Assembly (NCBI GenBank): GCA_035084275.1
Contig: CM068757.1
Coordinates: forward strand, 5,890,001 to 5,954,000
Length of the DNA stretch: 64,000 nucleotides
Reading direction: 5' to 3'
Source of the DNA: Hydrolagus colliei
Lineage: Eukaryota
This document shows positions 51,332-61,445 of this stretch, piece after piece. Below the pieces are notes generated by a model. It saw only the letters and a list, made by a program, of their open reading frames with translations, was not told the origin of the DNA and did not search any database. The position numbers and the translations under genes are program-made. Within the stretch, counting starts at the first letter, position 1; every line of letters begins with the position of its first letter.

Positions 51332-54300
51332 TCTTTTCAATTCCAATCAATTCCAATGGGACAGCGGACAACAGCAGATTTGGCTCTGTCAGAGGGGGGT
51401 GGGAAAGTACAGCAGTAGTTATGTGGAAAAGTAATGTACATTAATTCCATTAAGTTGTATCAAAGCAGTGAGAATATACTTCTCAAAAGCTATTGTTTTC
51501 TAGCACCTGCTCTATAATATAATTTTCACCTGAGGTTCAGACTGATGTGAGGGAGCAGATTGGATTTGTATTGCCTGTCGCACCAAATAACGTGACATTT
51601 TGAAGAATCCCAAAAGATTTCACTACGTTCGTATCGACCTACATGTCAACAAGCCTGTGCTTCCTGCATGTTCAGAGTGAACATTGAAACTAGTTAAAGG
51701 AGAGGCCCCCAGGACATTTTTGAAATTTAGAATTTACTGAGAATTTACATTAAAAAAATCTGTGTTCATTAGTTAAAAAAACAGCAGGAGTGGGGATCCC
51801 AAATCATTTTGCACTGTTTGATCTGTACTGCAATTGTGTAAATACCTTTCTTTTGAAGCATTTTCTGAAAGGGTTTTCACCAGTTGACGCAAGCATGAAA
51901 TAAGTTTTGAGTTGTATGGAGGAAAGTGGGTTGATGCTATATATTTAACTTTCTTGTGATGCTATTCACACAATGAATCAATCAAAACTGAAAGTGCAGT
52001 ATAAATGGGGCATTAAACATCACAGCAAAAAAAACGTGCATAAATGAGGCCATACAAATATTGTAAAAATGGCAATTCAAGGATAAATACTGCAGATGAC
52101 TAATTCTAACAAGATTTGGGTGAAAGGGAAATAGGCTCAAATAATACTGTACCTGTGGGATATGTTTTTAAAATCTAGTTTGGTATGGCATTTCTAATAT
52201 AATTAGCAATTACTCAAGAGACAAAGTTGGAACTTTAAATAGTATGTTACACTCAACACTTACAAAGCCCCAAAGCAAACATTTAATATAAATGAAAAGT
52301 AAAAAATACACTATACGCACAAACTTACAACTCACTGGGTTTCTGAAGTTTGAAATGCTTTTTAACAACCGAAACCAGGATGTTACATTGCAAAGCGGTT
52401 GTCTGGCATTTTAAATCATAACATATGGTTACTATTGGTATTAAAGACCTAACTTCTGCAAATCAATTCTCTAGGGAATTTCACATGAACCAGCACAAAA
52501 TGTTTACACAAGGCAGCATGAGTGGTTTATGCAAAACAAGGTGGTTTTCTAGCAGGAAACATTCTTTTATCTATCGATTTGACTTCTACCACTGATCATT
52601 GTGGTAGAGTAAGGATTAGTAGAATTGGTGAATATCATCTTTTTAAAAATAACGCATCTGAAATGCAGCTTCATTATACCCATCGATCAGTGGCATGATC
52701 AATTTATGTACTTATCTCAAATACATCATTGTAGTTTCTGATCTCTGACTGGGTGGCATGACAACTGGCAAGCATGCTGAAAAGACTCAAGAATGTTAAC
52801 AGATCCTGTTACCAAGTAAGTGAGACCTTACACTTCGAACTACGCTTACAGTCACCTTCTCACTGCCTCCAGCTCAGCGTCAGGCTCCACCACTGTTACG
52901 CGCTCCAAGACGCTGTCTTGCATGAACAACTCTAGATAAATGCTAATTATTGATGTATTTTCCTCTTGTACTATTCCAGCAATATTCTCATAAAAGTAGC
53001 ATAGCAGCTTTCGCAGTCAAACAGGAAAAATTATGTAGCTAAGCACAAATTTGGGTAACAATTATGATAGCAGATGTAGAAGTAATAAAATTGGTAAAAC
53101 TATGAGCAGAAGCAGGGGGTATTAAAAATACAGACTGTAGTATAATGTACAACAGAACTATCATAACAGCTGAAATGCATCTTTCTGATCCCAAGTTGCT
53201 GATATTCTTCAGGGTGGTTGATAGAAATGGCACATTAGCACAATGCCAGAGTACTGCTGGAATAATGCAAGGGTAAAATACAAAACTGCAATTCAATGAC
53301 TGCAAAAAATGGTGCAGGATATATACTCCAAAACTCTCCTCCCTATGAGGAACACATCTTTTTCCATCCTGCACCACCATAATCAGATGCAAAAAACTTC
53401 AACTTCCATGAATTCAATCAACTTCGTCGTCTGGCGTGGAGGGCGCTATATAAATCGAAGTTGTTGCTCTTGTTGTTGTGTTTATACATCAAACAGTAAT
53501 ATTAAAAAGAGATATTGATGGTGGTGGGCAGAATAGTAACATCAACAACTTGCATTTATAGAGCGCACTTCACACAGTATCTTGGAGCGTTAAACACAAA
53601 TAATGTTTGGGAGCACTAAAGTATTTTCAACTATATGGACTATATTGATCAATACCAATTTTAAAACAAATCATAAACTAAAAAATTTAAGTTTACGCAT
53701 AATAGGGATGAATCAAGCAGTTAACGGAAGCTTCTTTTCTATATGTGGTCTAAACCCAAGCTTTTTCAACATCTGTCAAAGCTCCCTTTCTTGGAATAGC
53801 TCTTCAAACAGCAACAACCACAAACAAATTGTAAAGTTTGGCAAAATGCAACATAAAGAATATGAAACAGCCAGGGAGAGTTAGTGTATATCTTGCTCAG
53901 TGTCAATAGAAACTATCATAAGAAACCACACCTTAAAAGTTACCGTTCACAGTGATTAAGTTTTAACAACAATGGAATGAAAGAATGCAGCTTTTTTACT
54001 ATTTTAAGACAATTGCTAATAAATCACAGCACCACAGTTGTGCTGTGTCAAGTCATTTGCATTTACGACAGCAGCTTGGAGTTGGGAATTTACTTTTAAT
54101 GAAGCCACACCGATCAAAAACCTCTTGAAAAGGCCACGACTGAACGCACCTCATCACTCCCAGGATTTGAGGTAAACTCACTTAAATTACTTAAAGGGAC
54201 AATAACAAGCTTTTAATAACCACTGCCTATTTTAGATGAATGTGAAACATCCAGAAAAACACCTCAATGCAAGCGTGAGTTAAAAGCTCAGCTCATCTGG

Positions 54301-55354
54301 AATTAGAAAATGCAGGCATGAAAGGTAGCCCTGCAATAAATACAATATTTATCTGCACATCCATCATACTATTGAGAGCCCTCAGAGAGACTGGGAGCAA
54401 CTGTATTTGCTTGCAACATAAATTATGTTGTAAGTAGGAACTGGAGGAGTGGAGGACATCAATACAGAAAGTATTGATGCATTTGTTTTAATGTTTTATG
54501 ACAACATTGTGTTTTACCTTCTGAAAACCAAACCTAAGTGGTCCGTTTAAACATTCTGCATTGAACACTGGTTAACTCCATATTTATATTCCAAGGGACT
54601 GCAGACTGCTTCAAATAGAATTGTCCATGTTATACTGAGACTGCCGGTGAGGAGGAGTCAAAGCCAGAAAAAGTCAGAGGTACTCTTTAGCTTTTTATTT
54701 CCAACACTGCAGGAGCAGGAAGAGAATTCACCTTGGAGAAAATAGTCAATGGCCTAAAATTTTTTTTTAAAATGCCATATTGATACTTTTGCTGTTTTAT
54801 GATTACAAAAGCAAATTGCATTTATATATCGCCTTTCTAGTCAGAGGAACGTCCCAAGGCACTGGACAATGAGGGTTTCACACCCCTTTATTATTGGGTT
54901 GAAAGACTTCTTTTTGGGAGTTCATATGGGAAAGTGTGAAAAACAGTAAATGTGTCAAGTAGAATGGTTCTATCTGACAAAATTGGAGATTGTAACTGTT
55001 CTACAAGTATTCACTTCTTCAGCTGCAGAAACAGTTAACTAGCTCAGCACAGCTGCTGTTCTTGGGGAAGGTTGTTATGATTCAAAACCACTGCACAGGC
55101 AGCAATATACAGACATGCTGAATACTGGTGAACACTCACACGTCCATGCAATTGGGGAAGCGATCTAAATACTGCGGGGTGGAAGGGTGCTGGACCCTAG
55201 TTTCTTGAATACAGTGAAGTCAATTCACTTTACTGTAACATTCTGTGATGTACTTTGAGATGTCTAGAAGATGTGATAAGGAGTATATCAAATGCAAGGA
55301 TTATTATTATTTGCTGCAGTGGCTTCAATCTCTTGAATGAGTAACAGACAAAAA

Positions 55355-55720
55355 CAACAGCAGCAAAATTACATTTGCCTTTCACGTCGGGAGGATGTCC
55401 CAAGGCACTGGACAGGCAGCATTACGAACCCGAACTGGGGCGAGTGATTGAAGGAGTGCTGGGGTGGGGGGGGGGGGGTGGGGGGGGGGTGTGGATTGAG
55501 GTTGATCGAGAGCAGTCAACGAGGAGGGTCTTGAAGGAGGCAAGGGATGGGGCTAGGTGGGGGGTGCTGGATGGAGTTCCAAAGGGTGAGGGCAGAATGG
55601 CTGAAGGCCTACATGCCAAGGGTAGAGCAGGTGAGGCTGGGGATGTGAAGGCCAGAGCCCACTGAGCAGGCAGGTTGGAAGGAGGTTAGGGGGTCAGAGG
55701 TCGGGGTAGCTAGCACAGGC
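55355..55720 (-). mobile_element. L2 LINE 3' fragment
   Basis: Minus frame LAPSLASFKTLL matches the L2 ORF2 end. Tail ttgcctttcacgtcgggaggatgtcccaaggcactggaca. Confidence 0.85.
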
Positions 55721-58700
55721 TCTTGTGAAATTGTTCAGCATCAATTTCCAGTCCTCTTCCAGGAAGATAGATTTAATAAATGATTATTAAATGAATCAAT
55801 AGAGCAAGTATAGGGTTAGCGGTGATTATATTAGGGGAACTAAGGCAAAATGATATTTCCATTTGAATCCACAAGTGATGCATGAAGTCTTTTCCATCAA
55901 TACCCTTTAGTACAGATACTAGAATGTAACTGAACATACATTGGTACTCAGTTTAAGACTATATTGATGAATCAATTGAATGCATGATTTAGTGACTAGA
56001 TTTAGTGACTAGATACTGAATAAAATCTGTGCTGTAAAAAAGTACCATCATTGCAGCCTGGTCATAGCATGACATCTTTATCTTCCATTATATTCCACAC
56101 AATTTGGAACTACATGAGATGCAAGGAAAACACTTTTGAGTCTTACACTTTAATGGCTTAAATTACATTTAAATCAGATGTATAATTAAATTAACAATGG
56201 ACAAATAAAATAAAATTTGGGCTGTCCAGTGGGATCTATACCCTTTTGGAGACTGCAAATATAAATAAACATTGTATATGGAAGGTATTGCAAACTAAGT
56301 GATGCAAGCAAGTGTGTCCTTGTTATCTTGCACTTTTACAACATACCACATCTCTGCTGCATTTGTTGTGCACAGACAAACAGTTACCCTCATCTGGGAA
56401 GTGCTTGGTACTGTCTACACCAGCTGCAAACTTTCACGATCATCGACATCGTTTGTAAGCTGCACGTTAACCTAGTGTTTCACCTTCTAATTCTTACAAG
56501 CAAGTTCAGTCTCTTAAAGCGTACAGATAACATTGCCTGAAGAGATCCATTAGATATCAACATTATCTTCATACTAGAGGTAAGGATGACCTGCCGTAAT
56601 GTTGTGTCTATTTGTATTTACCTGTTAGTAAGCCAATGTTTAAACAGACAAATTACAGGATAAAACTTACTTAACTCTATTGAACAAAGGTTATTGTAAT
56701 GGATGTTATCAAAAGCAACCCATTCAATAGACCTTATGTTATAATTAATGTAATTGAGGCATAGGCATGACTGCTTATCCAAGGAAAAAAAAGTTTCTGT
56801 GAACTCACCTCATCTATACATGTTATCACTGAGTCATTGCAAGTGTGGTTGCTATTAAGTTAGATATTTGTGGGAACAATTTGAAAAAATAGGAAAAAAA
56901 ACTACAGTATTCAATTGAAGACACAGTACTTTATGAACTACGATTCTAGATATTTTTCCGGAACTTTTTTTCCTTCAGTAGCCAGGATAATACAGAATTT
57001 ACTACCAGTTACATATTGTTGTAATCCAAAACACACAACTGTAAGTCTGCATGACACAAGTGGGGCTACATGACAATGTCCTTTTTATGTATACCCTTAA
57101 ACGCTAACAACTACAAATCTCTGATAAGTTTTGACTAAAAAAAATAGTGCTGTATGCCCAAAAGTTTTAAATATGAGAAACCCTGCATTAGAAATGGATT
57201 AATTTACTGATAAGTTCATTGGAAGTGGTATTACATTTACCGTGGAAAGGGAGAAGAGTGCTTGAAATACATTTAACACAGTCTATTAGCAGTGACAAAG
57301 CAAAACACCACAATATATGCCCAAAATATCAGGAAATACCTTTTTTCTATTTTGATTTTCCCTAAAAAATAGTGCCATATTCTCTGTTACAAATCTATAA
57401 TATGCATTTCCAAAAGCTATATTATAATAAGATGAATCACAGATTATATTGATTCTCTCTCCGCTCCCCCCACACTATTTATCATCACAAGATGCTTGTG
57501 TGAAGAACTTTTAATTCATTTGATCTCAACCTTCTAGAAAACCAACCAGACCACCTTTTTATGAAATATATCATTCCTTGGTGCATAAATTGCCGTATTT
57601 GTCATGTGCATATTGCATTAATGAAAGAAATGCGCTACCCTATTGTACCAATCAATATACCTCTAACATTTCTCTGCACGGATGTAATTAACTTTGCCAA
57701 TCAAAGCTATATCACTGGAATTAAAAAAATGATGTTAGTCAATTTCAGCTGCAATATTAGATTCTCTTGTCATCTTAGATATGAGTGATGTTGACATCAG
57801 AAGTTATTCATTCAGTGATGAGTGAACTGAGATGTCGTGACCAACTGCTCACTCTTTGAATTGATGCGGAAGGTGTGATGTTGGTAAACAACAATTCCAC
57901 AACAGCTCCATAACTATTGGACCCCAAGGACACCACAAGGTCATATATTAATATATGCTGAGGATATAGAATATCCGTTTCACAATAAAGAGTTAGGTAT
58001 TGATCCCCGAGTCCTAATACAAACTTCCTTGCTTATCTTGCACGAACAGTAGTTTAGCTGTTCCCAGTCAACCATCCACAAGTATTAAGGATACGAGGTT
58101 CTATGTTGTTTTTTAAGCGAACAATAATGTCAGTCAGGACATTTATCTCAAAATTTAAGTTTAAACTTGCAGAAAATGCATATACAGTTCAAGAAATTAA
58201 GAGGTAACATTATCATCAGCTTTACTGAATAAAGGATCAGACCAGGTGTTCCATTCCTGTGGTTTTTTGAAGCCAGCTAGATTCTTTAAAGGGCTTATTG
58301 TCAAAGTGAACAAGACTTGAAAATTCGATTACTCAGCAGAGCAGGTGGCCCGGTGGTTACACCATTATTTGGTGCACCATTATTTCGTACCTCTATGATC
58401 TCCCACCTGAATGAACTGTACTTTAGGTTTGCCACTGGAACACAGCAGGTAGGTCCAAAGCGTGGTTAATAATTGTGTTCTCTTGTAAAGGTGAAACCAC
58501 TTTCAAAGCTTTATGTAGAATTCATCTATGGGGAGCACACAAGCTGATGAAAAATCAAATGAGAAATGAAATACATTGTTCACAAGAGGGTGGTGCATAA
58601 TGGCAAAAATCAAAGGCAGAAAAGGCAGACAAAAGACTTGTATATTAATAATACTGGACAAACCCATGTGCTCACAGTTATGTAACAACAGAGAGCAGCA

Positions 58701-59079
58701 CTAATGGAATTAAGAAGATCACAATCTTCAGACATTCACTGCAAGCTATAAAATGTTAAATGTTAGACAATGATTCATTGACTGAAACAGGTTCTTTGAA
58801 ATAATTTAGCAAACACCCTTTACATTCTAATATTAACAGTGATGAAAGAGTCAAGCACATTAAATGTAAAGCATGTTAAGTTAAAAGACATGTTTAAAAA
58901 TAATATATTTAAAAATTAATGTTTCATGTCATTTAATAAAGTGGTTGTGTTTGATGAATTTAGAGACACATAATGCATCAATTACCTGAACTTGCTGAAA
59001 ATTAAGTCAGTGCTGTGCTCCGCGCAAGTCAAACCAGATGCCTTTTGTCAGTTTTCCATTGGATCAGAGTAGAAAGCTT

Positions 59080-59150
59080 TCCAGGGTGATACTTCAGTGC
59101 AGTACTGTGTAAGAAAAATATTATTAAAGGTGCCGTCCTTCTGATAAGGG
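59080..59150 (+). mobile_element. Deu-domain SINE remnant in the RAG2/IFTAP shared intron region
   Basis: ccagggtgatacttcagtgcagtactg...aaggtgccgtccttctgataag resembles the recalled ctaggctgacacttcagtgcagtactgagggag...gaggtgccgtctttcggatgag. Confidence 0.55.
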
Positions 59151-59870
59151 TTCAATCTATTTGTTCTGTTCCTTCGGTTGAATATGAAAAGTCAAACAAA
59201 TAGAGAATTTCATCCAGTGTCCCAGTCAACATTACTTCCACATCCAAAGTTATTGGTGGCATCATGTCTGGTGTATAATCAGTGGTAACTGGGAATACCG
59301 GGGATCTGCCTGACTCCAGAATTGGGCCATTGGGATCATCACAAAGGGTTGACTTGATTTTGATAGACCTTTCCCAATCATTGTCATCTTGGATCCAGCG
59401 GAGTTCCAAGGAGAACCCACTTACCTCTCCCCCAATGCCCGAGTGTTTAGTCACCAGTTAGTCCAGGGCCTGCTAGCCTATACAGTGCCTTCAAACCTTA
59501 TCCATCAACAACATACCCACAGGGGTAAAAAGATGTACATGCTTTTTTCCTGTTGGCATTGGATATTTCGACAATATTTTCATACCAACCTTTCAGTGCA
59601 GTACCACTTCCCAGCCTTCCACAATCTTGTCAAATGACCCATTTCACCCGCGCCAATTTACTATACAGTATATGATGTGAAATGCTTTGAGACGTCGCAA
59701 TGGAGTGATAAGGTGGTATATCAACTGCAAGGATCATTATTATTATTATGATTATTAGCAGTGTGGTACGGGCAGCTTTTAGCTCTTTTTATATAAAAAT
59801 AATTCAATTCATTCATTTTCCTCTCTGCTCCTGCATTTTCTGTCCTCCTATCCTTGTAAGGCTGATTACA

Positions 59871-60050
59871 CAACAACAATAATAATCCTTGCATTTGATA
59901 ATAGCGCTTTTCTCGTCTTCCAGACGTCTCAAAAGCACTTCACAGAATATACTGTCAAGTGAATGGACCTATTATTGTTGTGGGCGAAACACGGCCGCCG
60001 ATTGTGCACAGTGAAGGAGTCCCTCACAAACAACCGTGGATTGACAAAAA
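59871..60050 (-). mobile_element. 5'-truncated SINE, 3' half
   Basis: aataatccttgcatttgataatagcgc...gtgggcgaaacacggccgccgattgtgcacag. Confidence 0.85.
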
Positions 60051-60213
60051 AATCCAATTGATTATTATTATTTAATTTATGATTGTATTGATTAATTAAT
60101 TCATTCATAAAATCCTGGTAAAATATTTGATAAGTACGTCTCTTACAATCCAATCTCCCTGAGTAGGTTTGTTGAGACTCCTCGAAGTGCTTGACAGGAA
60201 TATGCCTTCAACA

Positions 60214-60588
60214 GTAATAATCCTTGCATTTGATATAGAACTTTCCACACCTTCTAGACATCTCAAAGCGCTTCACAGAATAACAACAAAATGACACTTC
60301 GCAAGACGCTGGACAGTCATTGTTTCACTGTAAAGTGAATTGATTGTATATTTGTGGGCGAAACGCGGCAGCCAATTGCACACAGCAGTGTCCCCACAAA
60401 CAGTCGTGGAATGACCAATTTTATTATTGTGGGTTTTTTTTGGAGGAATTATTATCAGGTGTGTGTGTGTGTGTGTGTGGGGGGGTAAGGAAACTTGCCC
60501 AAGGTTTCGCCCTGACCTGCCTGGATTCGAAACACAGGTCTCACGCCTTTAATAAGGCGAGTGCTCTCACCACTGAGCTACAAGTCTC
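60214..60588 (-). mobile_element. tRNA-derived SINE, deleted form, with an internal (GT)n expansion
   Basis: Tail taataatccttgcatttgatatag. Head ggattcgaaacacagg...gtgctctcaccactgagctaca. Confidence 0.9.
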
Positions 60589-60709
60589 CACAACACACTG
60601 ATACAAAGTGAATCGACCTTGTCTTGTGTGTGTGTCATGTTGTGTTGTGGGCCAGACGCTTGGTTTGATGGATGTCTATGGGGCCTGGGTCTCCACCATT
60701 TTTTTTTTG

Positions 60710-60815
60710 GTGGGGGGGGGGGGGGGTGTCCCACTTTTTAAACACACACAAACACACACACAGAAACACATACACACACACACAAAGAAACACCGCACAC
60801 AAAAACACACACGCA
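60710..60815. repeat. Poly-G run followed by imperfect (AC)n next to the CpG promoter
   Basis: Visible directly in the sequence. Confidence 0.9.
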
Positions 60816-60962
60816 AAAAGCTCTCCCTCCTGCGGCTGGATATCACATCAACTTGCCTTGGGATTCGTTTAATTTCGTTTTCTTTTAATGGCGGCTTCAC
60901 TCCCCCCCCATCCACCCTCTGTGTCTCCTCTGTCTCTCCCCCCTCTCCTCTCGCTGCTCCCG

Positions 60963-60975
60963 GCTGCCTAGCAAC
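60963..60975 (-). promoter_or_regulatory. RFX X-box-like site GTTGCTAGGCAGC
   Basis: Close to the X-box pattern GTTGCYNNGGCAAC. IFTAP associates with the IFT-A ciliary complex. Confidence 0.5.
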
Positions 60976-60989
60976 CAGCCGGCCGGCGC

Positions 60990-61011
60990 GCTGCTCGCCG
61001 GGACATGTAGT
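60990..61011 (-). promoter_or_regulatory. Second, oppositely oriented ZNF143/SBS motif ACTACATGTCCCGGCGAGC
   Basis: The reverse complement of gggacatgtagt (61000-61011) is ACTACATGTCCC. Confidence 0.7.
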
Positions 61012-61051
61012 CCAGGCCTCGTTCCTCACACCCAGACCCTCCTTCGCATTG

Positions 61052-61075
61052 ACTACAATTCCCATCAGACCACGC
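61052..61075 (+). promoter_or_regulatory. ZNF143/SBS motif ACTACAATTCCCATCAGACC
   Basis: Near-exact match to the ACTACAnnTCCCA ZNF143/THAP11 promoter motif. Confidence 0.85.
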
Positions 61076-61227
61076 GGTGCCCGCTATGGTCTCCCGCTCA
61101 GGACCGCACTGTCGCACGGCTTGGGCGGGTTTGCGGGTTTTCTCACGCCCAATTGGGCGGGTGGTTTTTTCTCTCTCTCTAGTTGCTCTGTGGGCTGGGG
61201 CTTAATTTTTGTGATAATGATAATAAT

Positions 61228-61298
61228 ATAATAACAACAATCCTTGCATTTGATATAGCGCCGAATCGCTTTGTTGAGACGACATCTCAAAGCGCTTA
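61228..61298 (-). mobile_element. SINE tail fragment between the CpG promoter and the RAG2 acceptor
   Basis: aataacaacaatccttgcatttgatatagcgcc...gacatctcaaagcgctt. Similar tail fragments occur near 5380, 8025, 13841, 28255, 30450, 30765, 31880, 38630, 42090, 50900, 55215 and 59640. Confidence 0.8.
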
Positions 61299-61399
61299 AT
61301 GGCTAGTATTTGGTGGGCTTTGGGCTCTTTTAATTTCTTGAGAGCGGACCAATTGCAAAATATCCTGCCGTCTTTTGCTCAATTTGTCTGTTTTTACCT

Positions 61400-61445
61400 C
61401 ATTTTTTTAATCACGTCTGTATGTCTCTTGCTTCCAGAGGCAACA
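61400..61445 (+). other. RAG2: Splice acceptor and short 5' UTR part of the RAG2 coding exon (exon starts at 61438)
   Basis: Pyrimidine tract ...gtctcttgcttccAG|aggcaacaATG, with AG at 61436-61437. This matches the known RAG2 layout of a non-coding first exon plus one coding exon. Confidence 0.85.

Larger units (their letters stand above)
60950..61200. promoter_or_regulatory. CpG-island-like promoter of IFTAP/NWC inside the RAG2 intron, probably bidirectional
   Basis: The only strongly GC/CpG-rich host stretch in the window (ggccggccggcgcgctgctcgccggg...). It contains GC boxes (GGGCGG at about 61123 and 61155) and CCAAT. Position matches the known mammalian NWC promoter in the RAG2 intron. 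Confidence 0.85.

Noticed and set aside
55986-56013. 13-bp tandem duplication gatttagtgacta x2
   Set aside because: An ordinary slippage-type micro-duplication with no further structure.
60608-61231. 207-aa + strand ORF and overlapping - strand ORFs at the promoter
   Set aside because: Explained by poly-G, (AC)n and GC-rich promoter sequence, which is depleted of stop codons. Low-complexity translation.
61299-61445. ORF-track start of the 569-aa RAG2 ORF as the normal start codon
   Set aside because: It lies upstream of a strong acceptor and has no similarity to RAG2 N-termini. The canonical start is 61446. It is kept only as a speculative isoform.
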